A stretch of DNA of 64,000 nucleotides from Bacilli bacterium (GTDB lineage: Bacteria; Bacillota_I; Bacilli_A; RF39; UBA660), in NCBI GenBank assembly GCA_017435465.1, contig JAFSEX010000006.1, positions 12,697 through 76,696 on the forward strand. The letters are read 5' to 3'. Shown here one piece after another: positions 1 to 9,060 of this stretch. Positions within the stretch are counted from its first letter, which is position 1; every line of letters starts with the position of its first letter. The position numbers were made by a program, and so were the translations under genes. The notes below the pieces were generated by a model. It was not told the origin of the DNA. It did not search any database and was given only the letters and a program-made list of their open reading frames with translations.

Positions 1-109
1 ATATGGAATTTCAAAAGGAGCTAAGCTCCTTTGCACACCGTTATTGGCTCTGTCAATAGCGTAGTGTGTTACTAAAATGGCATTTTAGTTAATTACTTCG
101 CAAAAACTC

Positions 110-138
110 TTGTACAAAGAACAAATGTTTGCTATAAT
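110..138 (+). promoter_or_regulatory. sigmaA-type promoter (TTGTAC-17 nt-TATAAT) upstream of small hydrophobic ORF
   Basis: TTGTAC at 110-115, 17-nt spacer, TATAAT at 133-138 preceded by TGC. Confidence 0.5.
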
Positions 139-201
139 CGTATATAGGAACATTTAATAGTTGGGTGGAGCCAAACTTCTTAAAAGAAGGGAGGCGAGAA
201 C

Positions 202-285
202 ATGAACAAGAAGGATTTTTTAATTCTATCTTTAGTAATAATTATCTTCCTTTTACTATTCTTACTATTTATAGTATTAATATAA
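202..285 (+). CDS. 27-aa hydrophobic peptide MNKKDFLILSLVIIIFLLLFLLFIVLI (single TM; type I toxin-like or small membrane protein)
   Basis: Strong SD GGGAGG at 189-194, 7 nt before the ATG. Has its own promoter and a 3' hairpin (292-300/313-321). Not in the ORF track because it is short. Confidence 0.4.
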   Translation: MNKKDFLILSLVIIIFLLLFLLFIVLI

Positions 286-411
286 AAGAAATCCACCTAA
301 CTCAGCTTTGATTTAGGTGGAACCAATCTAATTGGCAACACTCAACACTGCAATATTAAGTGTTCCTTTAATATTTTATGAAGATTTCTTCATCTGTATA
401 CATAATAACAT

Positions 412-439
412 AAAAACGACTTTTTGACAAGTCGTTTTA
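412..439 (-). terminator. Intrinsic terminator downstream of tRNA-Leu(CAA)
   Basis: 10-bp stem AAAACGACTT/AAGTCGTTTT with a 6-nt loop; T-run on the minus strand. Confidence 0.6.
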
Positions 440-473
440 TCTTTTGCTCGAATGGTTCGAGTAACAATCAATC

Positions 474-560
474 TGGTGCCTGTGGTCGGACTCGAACCGA
501 CACGGTATTGCTACCAATGGATTTTGAGTCCATCACGTCTACCAATTCCATCACACAGGC
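474..560 (-). tRNA. tRNA-Leu (anticodon CAA), class II with long variable arm, CCA encoded
   Basis: Reverse complement folds as a cloverleaf: acceptor GCCTGTG/CACAGGC, anticodon stem ATGGA/TCCAT with loop CTCAAAA, T-arm GGTTCGAGTCC. Confidence 0.9.
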
Positions 561-680
561 ATTACGTATTCATTATATCATACTTTTTTCACTTTTGTTA
601 AAAAATGTTAAATTTTCTTATAATAATTAGGGTAGATATATTATTTATAATTTGATAAAATTATTTATGAGGTGGGTAAT

Positions 681-1904
681 ATGAAAAAATGGTATAAATT
701 AGACAACGTAGGAAAATTTTATGCTTCAACTTCAAACTCTAAAATTCCTAAAGTTTTTAGATATTCTGCATATTTAACAGACAATATCGAAGAAAATATT
801 TTACAAGAAGCATTAAATAAAACAATAATTATTTATCCTAATTTTAGTGTTAATTTAAAAAAAGGGATTTTTTGGTATTACCTAGACGAAACAAATAAAA
901 AAAATAAAGTTACTAAAGAAAATTTGCCAATATGTTTTAAAATATATAATAATTCTGATGATTTCTTATATAGAGTTTCATATTATAAAAATAAAATAAA
1001 TATTGAAGTATCACACATTTTATCTGATGGAAGAGGAAGTGTAGAGTTTTTTAAACTATTATTAACAAATTATATATCATTAAAATACAATTTAAATACT
1101 AAACAAAAAAATAATACACAATTAGAAAAAGCAGAAGATAGTTATATAAAATATTATGAAAAAAGCAAATATAAAAGAAATAAAAATTTAAAAACTTATA
1201 TATATAAAAGGAAAAAATATAGAAATCAAACACAATATTTGGAATGTTATACAGATGTTAAAAGCATTTTAGAACTTGCTCATAAATATGATACAACCCT
1301 AACTATATTTTTGACATCAGTATTAATATATTCTTTTAGAAATGAATTAAAAGTATCAGAACTAAATAAATATATAAAAATTGATTTACCAGTTGATTTA
1401 AGAACATATTTTAATTCACATTCTTCCATGAATTTTTTTGGATTAACAACTATTACTTATAAATTTAATTCTAAAAATGTTGAATTAGAAGATATTATAA
1501 AAGATGTAAAAAAACAATTTGAACAAAAAATAATATCAAAAGAATTAGCAAAAAGAGCAAACTATATGGTGTCATTTGAAAAAAATTGGTTTTGTAGATT
1601 TGCGCCTATATTTTTAAAAAATATTGTTTTAAATTTGGCAGATAAATTAACTAATAATACTTCGACAACGTGTTTATCAAATATTGGAGTTATAAAATTA
1701 GATTCTAAAATTGAAGAAAAAATTAATTCCATTAGTGTACTTACGTCAACAAATAATTTCCAAATTACAACTTGTACTTTCAAAGATCAAATATGTATTG
1801 GTATTGCGAACACATATACTAATAATGATATTATTAAAAATTTTTGTTGTTATTTTTCACAAAATAATATTAAACTTAAAATTAATGTAAGCGAGGTCAA
1901 ATAA
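681..1904 (+). CDS. HxxxDG-motif acyltransferase (condensation / alcohol acetyltransferase-like superfamily)
   Basis: Motif SHILSDGRG (HxxxDG) about 115 aa from the N-terminus; SD GAGGTGG before ATG 681; ~407 aa. Confidence 0.6.
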   Translation: MKKWYKLDNVGKFYASTSNSKIPKVFRYSAYLTDNIEENILQEALNKTIIIYPNFSVNLKKGIFWYYLDETNKKNKVTKENLPICFKIYNNSDDFLYRVSYYKNKINIEVSHILSDGRGSVEFFKLLLTNYISLKYNLNTKQKNNTQLEKAEDSYIKYYEKSKYKRNKNLKTYIYKRKKYRNQTQYLECYTDVKSILELAHKYDTTLTIFLTSVLIYSFRNELKVSELNKYIKIDLPVDLRTYFNSHSSMNFFGLTTITYKFNSKNVELEDIIKDVKKQFEQKIISKELAKRANYMVSFEKNWFCRFAPIFLKNIVLNLADKLTNNTSTTCLSNIGVIKLDSKIEEKINSISVLTSTNNFQITTCTFKDQICIGIANTYTNNDIIKNFCCYFSQNNIKLKINVSEVK

Positions 1905-2560
1905 TGAAAAAGTGTAATAGTTGTAATATTGAATTTAGTACTAGTTCTAATTTATGTCCACTATGTCAAAATATTTTAACTGGTGAATGTAATAATTTAA
2001 TGTTTCCATCAAATATAAGATATAAAACAAATTCATTAATTTTAAAAATTGTTTTATTTTCATCAATATGTATTTTTTTAATATCAGCATTCATTGAAAT
2101 TCTTTTAACAAATAATTTGATTTATTCATCCTATGTTGGACTTGGCTTAATAACTAATTATGTTATTATGTATTTTATATTGAAAAATTATCACAATATA
2201 TATAGAATGTTTGCAAAATATGGATTAATTATTATTAGTTTATCAATTATTTGGTATTTTGTAATAAAAAGTCCAATTATAACTAATTATATTATTCCAG
2301 CAGTATGTATAGTTCAATTACTATTTAATTTTATACTTGCATTAATACTTAGAAAAAATTATTTTATTAAATATTCTAATCATATATTTATGAATATACT
2401 TTTACTTATATTACCAATAATTTTAGTTGGATTAAATTTAACAACAAATAATATAATGTCATATATTTGTTCATTATTATCCATAATATCTATTTGTGGC
2501 TTATTAATATTCTTCTATGATGATATTAAAGATGAGTTAAGTAAAATATTTAATATTTAA
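1904..2560 (+). CDS. Polytopic membrane protein with N-terminal zinc ribbon (CxxC..CxxC), DUF6320-like
   Basis: CNSCN...CPLCQ followed by ~6 hydrophobic helices; start overlaps the upstream stop (ATAATG), suggesting translational coupling. Confidence 0.55.
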   Translation: MKKCNSCNIEFSTSSNLCPLCQNILTGECNNLMFPSNIRYKTNSLILKIVLFSSICIFLISAFIEILLTNNLIYSSYVGLGLITNYVIMYFILKNYHNIYRMFAKYGLIIISLSIIWYFVIKSPIITNYIIPAVCIVQLLFNFILALILRKNYFIKYSNHIFMNILLLILPIILVGLNLTTNNIMSYICSLLSIISICGLLIFFYDDIKDELSKIFNI

Positions 2561-2614
2561 TTTACAAAATATAAAATTAAATGTACAATGAATTTAGAAA
2601 AGAGAGTGAAAAAT

Positions 2615-3250
2615 ATGAAAATAGCATTAATAAATGAAAATAGCCAAGCAAGTAAAAATAAAATAATTTATAATAGTTTAAATAAAGTTGCATCTAAATA
2701 CAATCATGAAGTATATAATTATGGAATGTATGGAATAGAAGGTGAATCAAATCTAACTTATGTTCAAGTAGGTTTACTTTCAGCAATCTTACTTAACTCA
2801 AAGGCAGTTGATTTTGTAATAACTGGTTGCGGAACAGGAGAAGGGGCAATGCTTGCCTGTAATTCTTTTCCAAATGTTTTATGCGGATTAATAGTTGATC
2901 CTACTGATGCATATTTATTTGGACAAATAAATAATGGTAATGCAATATCTATTCCATATGCGAAAGGATTTGGGTGGGGTAGTGAATTAACCCTAGAAAA
3001 TATTTTTGAAAATTTATTTAAAGAAGAGTTTGGTAATGGTTATCCAAAAGAAAGAGCAATCCTAGAACAAACCAATAAAAAAATATTAGATGATGTTAAA
3101 AAAATAACTCATAAAGACATGTTAGAAATTTTAAAAGAAATTGATCAAGATTTTCTAAAAGAAACAATTAGTGGAAAAAACTTTAAAAAATATTTTAATG
3201 AGAATTGTAAAAATAAAGAGATTTTAGAATATATCAATTCAATTATATAA
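2615..3250 (+). CDS. RpiB/LacA/LacB-family sugar-phosphate isomerase (long form)
   Basis: MKIALINE... N-terminus and ITGCGTGEG active-site-like motif; SD AGAGAGTG before ATG 2615. Confidence 0.6.
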   Translation: MKIALINENSQASKNKIIYNSLNKVASKYNHEVYNYGMYGIEGESNLTYVQVGLLSAILLNSKAVDFVITGCGTGEGAMLACNSFPNVLCGLIVDPTDAYLFGQINNGNAISIPYAKGFGWGSELTLENIFENLFKEEFGNGYPKERAILEQTNKKILDDVKKITHKDMLEILKEIDQDFLKETISGKNFKKYFNENCKNKEILEYINSII

Positions 3251-3320
3251 ACAAAAGTTTTAAATAAATTTAAAATGTAGTATAATAAAAATATATATTT
3301 AAAATAAGAAGGTGTTTTAG

Positions 3321-3896
3321 TTGAAAGATGTATTATTATATAGAATTGTCAGACCAATACTAAAATATTTTTGTAAAATATGTTATAAACCAACATATAT
3401 AGGTTTAGAAAATATTCCAAAAAATGGCGGTGTAGTACTTGCTGGTAATCATACTAATAATTTAGATTGTATATTATTGATTTCATCTACTAATAGGACA
3501 ATACATTTTCTTGCTAAAGATGAATTAATTAAAGGATTTAAAAAAATAATTTTTAAAAATATGGGTATAATACCGGTTAATAGAAAAATACATGATTCTA
3601 ATGCTTTAAAAAATTCAATAAAAATATTAAAAGAGAGAAAAGTAATTGGAATATTTCCAGAAGGAACTATCAATAGAACTAACGATATAATTATGCCTTT
3701 TAAAATCGGTGCAGTTAAAATGGCAAATGAGACTAATTCATATATAGTACCATTCACAATAAAAGGTAAATATAAATTATTTTCTAAAAATATTAAAATA
3801 GAATTTTTAAAATCATATAAACTATCTAATGACTTGGATGCAGAAAACAAAAAATTAATGAAAATAATTAGTGAAAATTTATCAAAGGAGAATTAA
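3321..3896 (+). CDS. Lysophospholipid (1-acyl-sn-glycerol-3-phosphate) acyltransferase, PlsC family
   Basis: HX4D motif NHTNNLD and FPEGT motif; TTG start after AGAAGGTG. Confidence 0.7.
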   Translation: MKDVLLYRIVRPILKYFCKICYKPTYIGLENIPKNGGVVLAGNHTNNLDCILLISSTNRTIHFLAKDELIKGFKKIIFKNMGIIPVNRKIHDSNALKNSIKILKERKVIGIFPEGTINRTNDIIMPFKIGAVKMANETNSYIVPFTIKGKYKLFSKNIKIEFLKSYKLSNDLDAENKKLMKIISENLSKEN

Positions 3897-3898
3897 TT

Positions 3899-5674
3899 AT
3901 GGGTATATTTGATATGAAATTTTTTAGATTCTTGGGTTTTAAGAAAAAGCCAAATGCTCCATGGAGTAAATATTATAAAAAAAAGGAAATGAATCTAAAT
4001 ATTCCAGATATGTCATTATATCAATATTATAAAAAACATAGTACTGAAAACTTAGAACTTAATGCTTTTGATTATTTTGGAAAAAAAATAACAAATAGAG
4101 AAGTATTAGAAAAAATAGATGTAGCATCTAAATCTTTTTTAAGTTATGGTATTAGGCGTGGAGATGTAGTAACCATTTGTATGCCAAATACTCCAGAAGG
4201 AATAATATCAGTTTTAGCTCTTAATAAAATTGGTGCAATTGCAAATATGTTACACCCATTATCAAGTGAAAATGAAATTAAAAGTACATTAAATGAAACA
4301 AATAGTGTAATGTTAATTGTGATTGATGTATCTTATGAAAAAGTAAAAAAAATAATTAATGATACTGAAGTATATAAAGTAATTGTTGTAAAAGCAAATA
4401 ATTCAATGCCATTATTAATGAATATTGGTTATGAGATAATAAGAGGAAGAAAAACTAAAGTTTCCAAAAATGATAACAAATATATTCTATGGAAAGATTT
4501 TATAAATAATGGAAAAAATTGTAAAATGAATAATTTTAATTATGATTGTAAAAAAGATGATCCGGCAGTAATGCTTCATAGTGGAGGAACAACTGGAAAT
4601 CCTAAAGCAATTGTATTATCCAATGGTAATTTTATGACGTTAGTAGAACAAGCAAAAGTTGTTTTTAAAGATTTAAGAAAAAAAGATAAATGTTTATCAA
4701 TAATGCCAATATTTCATGGATTTGGACTTGGAGTATGTATATATACGCCACTATGTTTAGGTGTGGAATGTATATTGATTCCACAGTTTAAAGCACAAGA
4801 ATTTGGGAATATTTTAAATAAACATAAACCAGAGTTTGTAATTGGAGTACCAACATTATTTGAAGCAATGTTAAAAACTCCTAAAGAAAAAGCAGATAGA
4901 TTTAATATGAATTATCTTAAATATGCAATATCTGGTGGGGATTCCTTAAAAAAATCTTTAGAAAAAAATATAAATGATTTTTTTAGGGAACATGGTTCAA
5001 ATGTCAGTATTATTCAAGGATATGGAATGAGTGAGTGTTTAGCAGCAGTATGTCTAGATTTTAAAAATAATCCAAAAAGTGGTTCAATTGGAATTCCTTT
5101 TCCTGGATGTTATATTGGAATATTTTCTCCTGAAGATAGGGAAGTTCCATATGGAAGTGAAGGAGAAATATGTATAAGTGGTCCAAATGTAATGTTAGGA
5201 TATTATAACAATGAAAAAGAAACTAACCTTGCTTTACATATACACGATGATGGAAATGTGTGGTTACACTCGGGTGATTTAGGTGTAATGGATAAAGATG
5301 GATTTATTCGATATACAAGTAGATTAAAAAGATTAATTGTATCAAGCGGATACAATGTTTATCCAAATCAAATTGAAGCTGTTTTAGAAAAACATGAGGC
5401 AGTAATGATAAGTAGTGTAATTGCAGTTCCACACAAATATAAAGGTGAAGTTGCTAAAGCATTTATTGTTTTGAATAAAGGATATAAAGAAAATGATAAA
5501 TTAATAGATGAATTAAAAGAATTATGCAAAAAGAACCTTCCTAAATATTCATTACCTGTAGAATATGAATTTAGAAAATCTCTACCCAGAACCATTGTTG
5601 GTAAAGTGGATTTTAGAAAGTTGCAAATAGAAAATAATGAAAAAAGAATGAGTGAGTTAAATGAAAAGAAGTAA
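3899..5674 (+). CDS. AMP-dependent acyl-CoA synthetase / long-chain fatty acid-CoA ligase
   Basis: Adenylate-forming motifs HSGGTTGNPKA, GYGMSE, SGDLG and a C-terminal PRTIVGKVDFRKL. Confidence 0.8.
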   Translation: MGIFDMKFFRFLGFKKKPNAPWSKYYKKKEMNLNIPDMSLYQYYKKHSTENLELNAFDYFGKKITNREVLEKIDVASKSFLSYGIRRGDVVTICMPNTPEGIISVLALNKIGAIANMLHPLSSENEIKSTLNETNSVMLIVIDVSYEKVKKIINDTEVYKVIVVKANNSMPLLMNIGYEIIRGRKTKVSKNDNKYILWKDFINNGKNCKMNNFNYDCKKDDPAVMLHSGGTTGNPKAIVLSNGNFMTLVEQAKVVFKDLRKKDKCLSIMPIFHGFGLGVCIYTPLCLGVECILIPQFKAQEFGNILNKHKPEFVIGVPTLFEAMLKTPKEKADRFNMNYLKYAISGGDSLKKSLEKNINDFFREHGSNVSIIQGYGMSECLAAVCLDFKNNPKSGSIGIPFPGCYIGIFSPEDREVPYGSEGEICISGPNVMLGYYNNEKETNLALHIHDDGNVWLHSGDLGVMDKDGFIRYTSRLKRLIVSSGYNVYPNQIEAVLEKHEAVMISSVIAVPHKYKGEVAKAFIVLNKGYKENDKLIDELKELCKKNLPKYSLPVEYEFRKSLPRTIVGKVDFRKLQIENNEKRMSELNEKK

Positions 5675-6263
5675 AAAAATAAGTGGTGAATTTGGTTATA
5701 AATTACTTACCCCAATAATGAGAGTATTATTTAGATTATATTATAATCCTAAAATAATAAATAAAGACGTGATACCTAAAAAAGGTCCAATATTAATTGC
5801 CGGGAATCATAAACACGTATATGATCAATGCCTAACGATAATGGCTACAAAAAGAGTAATTCATTATATGGCGAAAAAAGAATATTTTGATGGAAAAATG
5901 GCATGGTTTTTCAAATTTGTTGGATGCATTTCTGTAAATAGACAAATCAAAGATACAAAAGCTAAAGAACAAGCACTTGAAGTATTAAAAAATGATGGTG
6001 CAATAGGATTGTTTCCAGAAGGAACAAGAAATAAAACAAAAGATTTTCTATTACCATTTAAATTTGGAACAGTATCAATGGCACAAAAAACTAATGCTAC
6101 TATCATACCATTTGGATTAACAGGTGATTATAAATTTAGAAGTAAAAATCTAACTATTAGATATGGCAAACCTTTTAAAGTTGGAGATATGAGTTTAGAA
6201 GAAGCTAATGAAAAACTATATAAAGAAGTAGAAAAATTAATGAAAGAAAATCTTAAAAATTAA
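5661..6263 (+). CDS. Second PlsC-family acyltransferase
   Basis: HX4D motif NHKHVYD and FPEGTRNK; overlaps the upstream gene by 14 nt. Confidence 0.7.
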   Translation: MKRSKKISGEFGYKLLTPIMRVLFRLYYNPKIINKDVIPKKGPILIAGNHKHVYDQCLTIMATKRVIHYMAKKEYFDGKMAWFFKFVGCISVNRQIKDTKAKEQALEVLKNDGAIGLFPEGTRNKTKDFLLPFKFGTVSMAQKTNATIIPFGLTGDYKFRSKNLTIRYGKPFKVGDMSLEEANEKLYKEVEKLMKENLKN

Positions 6264-6315
6264 AATTTTTCCTTACATTAAAAGAAACAAAAATGTTATA
6301 ATATTATTAACAACG

Positions 6316-6360
6316 AGTAGCTATCAATGGCGTAAGTCCAGTTGAATAGTTACTTTTTTT
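6316..6360 (+). terminator. Hairpin plus T7 tract between the plsC-like gene and the carD-like gene
   Basis: AGTAGCTATCAA...TTGAATAGTTACT imperfect stem followed by TTTTTTT; lies directly before the SD AGGAGGG of the next gene. Confidence 0.55.
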
Positions 6361-6376
6361 ATAGGAGGGAAAATTT

Positions 6377-6880
6377 ATGTTTAAGGAAAATGATTATGTA
6401 GTATATAAAAGAAATGTATGTAGAGTTAAAGAAATAAAAACTAATCATTATCAAGGAAAAGATTATTATATTTTATCTCCTATTGATGATGATACTTTAA
6501 TAATTGATATTCCAAAAGAAAATAAATTGGGATTTTTAAGGCCTATTATGAGTAGAGATGATGCAATAAAATTAATTGAAAAAATTAAAGATATTGATAT
6601 TATCGAAACTAATGAAAAAATTATTGAAATGGAATATAAAAAATTAATGAAAAGCAATAAAATGGAAGATTTAATAAAAATTATCAAAACATCATATATA
6701 AGAAATGATAATAGATTAAAAAATGGTAAAAAGATTGCTGAAAAAGATGATATATATTTTAAAATTGCTGAAAATATTTTATACAATGAACTATCTATAA
6801 GTTTAAATTTATCATTTGATGAAACAAAAAAATATGTAATTGATAAAGTAAAAGAATTATTAGGTGATGAGCGTGAATAA
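6377..6880 (+). CDS. CarD/CdnL-family RNA polymerase-binding regulator
   Basis: N-terminus MFKENDYVVYKRNVCRVKEI...YYIL resembles the CarD_TRCF Tudor-like domain; ~167 aa. Confidence 0.6.
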   Translation: MFKENDYVVYKRNVCRVKEIKTNHYQGKDYYILSPIDDDTLIIDIPKENKLGFLRPIMSRDDAIKLIEKIKDIDIIETNEKIIEMEYKKLMKSNKMEDLIKIIKTSYIRNDNRLKNGKKIAEKDDIYFKIAENILYNELSISLNLSFDETKKYVIDKVKELLGDERE

Positions 6881-7103
6881 AAATTATATAAAAAATTTAG
6901 ATAATAATATTGAAACTTTATGTTTAGAAATTGAAATAATTGATAAATTACATAAATTAGGTTTAAATACAATTAATGATTTATGGAAAAGTAAAAGAAT
7001 TTATTTAAAAGAAAATGGATTAACAGATAATGAAATAAATCAAATTAAAATTAAATTACAACTTTTAAGCATTGATTTAAATAAAAAAGTCTATACACAA
7101 TAA
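6864..7103 (+). CDS. Small helix-hairpin-helix protein, RpoA alpha-CTD-like
   Basis: LEIEIIDKLHKLGLNTINDLW... resembles the alpha-CTD HhH; overlaps carD-like by 17 nt. Confidence 0.35.
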   Translation: MMSVNKNYIKNLDNNIETLCLEIEIIDKLHKLGLNTINDLWKSKRIYLKENGLTDNEINQIKIKLQLLSIDLNKKVYTQ

Positions 7104-7151
7104 TTACATTAATTCATAAATATTACACATAATATTTATGGAGGTGAAATA

Positions 7152-7541
7152 ATGAGATTAGTTCCAAGAAATGATATATTTAGTTCATTAGATTTATTTG
7201 ATGATTCATTATTTAATAATCATAATATGATGAGATCAGATATTTATGAAAAAGATAATAATTATGTTATGGAAATAGACCTACCAGGATTAAAAAAAGA
7301 AAATATAAATATTGATTATAACAATGGTTATTTAATTATTAGTGCATCAAAAGAATCTAATAATGAAGAGAATAGTAAATATATAAAAAAAGAAAGATTT
7401 TATGGTAAATATACTAGATCATTTTATATTGGTGAATTTGATGAAAATGAAATTAAAGCTAGTTATAATGATGGGACATTAATTATAAATTATCCAAAAG
7501 AAAAACAAAAAGATGCTAAAAAACAAATTAATATTGATTAA
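7152..7541 (+). CDS. Hsp20/alpha-crystallin small heat-shock protein
   Basis: DIYEKDNNYVMEIDLPGLKKENINIDY...GTLIINYPK is the typical ACD pattern; SD GGAGGTG. Confidence 0.85.
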   Translation: MRLVPRNDIFSSLDLFDDSLFNNHNMMRSDIYEKDNNYVMEIDLPGLKKENINIDYNNGYLIISASKESNNEENSKYIKKERFYGKYTRSFYIGEFDENEIKASYNDGTLIINYPKEKQKDAKKQINID

Positions 7542-7563
7542 GAGTATATCTCTTAATTTTTTT
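7538..7563 (+). terminator. Intrinsic terminator after hsp20
   Basis: TTAAGAG/CTCTTAA stem followed by a T-run. Confidence 0.6.
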
Positions 7564-7596
7564 ATTATATAATTATCATGGTGGATGGTGGTAAAA

Positions 7597-8310
7597 ATGT
7601 TTAATAAAGATAATTGGAATAAAGAAGAGTATAATAAATTAATAAATTATTTAAATAAAAATAGTGATGAAAATTATAAAATGTTTACTCAAAAATTAAT
7701 ACCTAATATTTCAGTGGATAAATTTATTGGAATTAGAATACCAATACTTAGAAAGATTGCAAAACAAATTTCTAAAGGGAATTATATTGGATTTTTGAAT
7801 ATTAATAAAAATAATTATTTTGAAGAAACTATGTTAGAAGGATTGGTTATTAGTAATATTAAAGATAATTTTGAATTTGAAAAATATCTAAAAAGTTTTA
7901 TACCTAAAATAGATAATTGGTCAATATGTGATTCTTTTTGTAATAGTTTAAAAATAGTTAACACCAATAAAGAATATTATTTTAAGTTTTTTAAACAATA
8001 TATAAATAATAATAAAGAATATGAAACAAGGTGTGCATTAATAATATTTTTAAATTATTATATTGAAGACAATTATATTAATGAAATATTTGAAATTGTT
8101 AATAATATCAATAGTAATTACTATTATACTAACATGGCAATAGCTTGGTTACTTAGTATATGTTATATAAAATATCCTAATAAAACCTTGTTTTTTCTTA
8201 AAAATAGTAATTTAGATGTTTTTACTTATAATAAAACATTTCAAAAAATTATTGAATCTAATAGAGTTTCAATAGAAATTAAAAATACTTTACGTAAACT
8301 TAAAAAATAA
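7597..8310 (+). CDS. DNA alkylation repair protein (AlkC/AlkD-like HEAT repeat)
   Basis: Pattern IGIRIPILRKIAKQI ... NWSICDSFC is typical of the family. Confidence 0.65.
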   Translation: MFNKDNWNKEEYNKLINYLNKNSDENYKMFTQKLIPNISVDKFIGIRIPILRKIAKQISKGNYIGFLNINKNNYFEETMLEGLVISNIKDNFEFEKYLKSFIPKIDNWSICDSFCNSLKIVNTNKEYYFKFFKQYINNNKEYETRCALIIFLNYYIEDNYINEIFEIVNNINSNYYYTNMAIAWLLSICYIKYPNKTLFFLKNSNLDVFTYNKTFQKIIESNRVSIEIKNTLRKLKK

Positions 8311-8365
8311 ATATATGATTTATAAATTAAAAATGATATAATGATAATATAGAGGAGTGGTTAAA

Positions 8366-8959
8366 ATGGATGAACGTGAATATCAAATTTTGGAAAAACT
8401 AGTACATGAAGGATATGTTATTAAAGCAGAGAGGCATCAAGGAAATGGAGCAAATAGATATACTTTTACAATGAAGCCTGCAAAAGATCAAAATATCGCT
8501 AATAAATATAAATTTGATGTATATCATGCATATGAAGCTGCGATTGATAAAATGGATAAATTAGTTTTAACTCAAAAACTGATGAAAAAAGAGAATAGAA
8601 TCAAAAAATTTAAAATAGCTACATCGGCAGCAGTAATAACTACTTTAATTGCAGGATATAGTGTTGTAATGTATAAAAGAAATAGTTATCGTGATTCTGT
8701 AATGAAAGAAGTTAATAGTCGAGTAGAACAATTAGAATCAGAATTACCACCAAATATGGATGTTTCTTTTTCAACACGTCAAAGTATATATAATGACGTA
8801 ATAAACGAAAGAAAAGAAAATTTACAAATTGTTGATACTGCAATCGAAGAATCAAAAAAAAATAATAATGAAGAAGTTGAAAAATTAAAAGAGGAAAGAG
8901 ATAAATTAATTAAATCATATTACAATGATTATTCTGAAGAAAACGCTAAATCTAAGTAG
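8366..8959 (+). CDS. Hypothetical single-pass membrane protein with coiled-coil C-terminus
   Basis: SD AGAGGAG before ATG 8366; TM segment ATSAAVITTLIAGYSVVMY. Confidence 0.5.
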   Translation: MDEREYQILEKLVHEGYVIKAERHQGNGANRYTFTMKPAKDQNIANKYKFDVYHAYEAAIDKMDKLVLTQKLMKKENRIKKFKIATSAAVITTLIAGYSVVMYKRNSYRDSVMKEVNSRVEQLESELPPNMDVSFSTRQSIYNDVINERKENLQIVDTAIEESKKNNNEEVEKLKEERDKLIKSYYNDYSEENAKSK

Positions 8960-8967
8960 CGTTTTTT
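8941..8967 (+). terminator. Intrinsic terminator
   Basis: AAACGCTA/TAGCGTTT stem followed by a T-run, overlapping the stop codon. Confidence 0.6.
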
Positions 8968-9060
8968 GATTTTTAAAATATTAAATATTCAAATTTATAA
9001 AATCTATATTTATACATATTTTAACAATTGTGTTATAATGATATAACAAGGGTGATATAC

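Noticed and set aside
1-100. Three consecutive hairpins at the window edge (14-31, about 33-69, 70-94), possibly the 3' end of a structured RNA
   Set aside because: The region is truncated by the window boundary, and I recognise no family signature (not tmRNA, RNase P, SRP or T-box). It cannot be assigned.
424-630. 68-aa plus-strand ORF in the track
   Set aside because: It runs antisense through tRNA-Leu(CAA) and its terminator. It has no SD and a low-complexity sequence, so it is a spurious ORF.
6466-6972. 168-aa minus-strand ORF. Similar antisense ORFs occur at 1562-1783, 3449-3850, 5368-5595, 5864-6106, 11712-12035, 15002-15319, 30619-31164, 33460-33702, 45283-45522, 48231-48443, 55944-56240, 56847-57155 and 58524-58763
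   Set aside because: All are embedded antisense to, or out of frame with, well-supported genes. They are Ile/Leu/Phe/Ser-rich as expected from AT-rich antisense frames, and they lack SDs.
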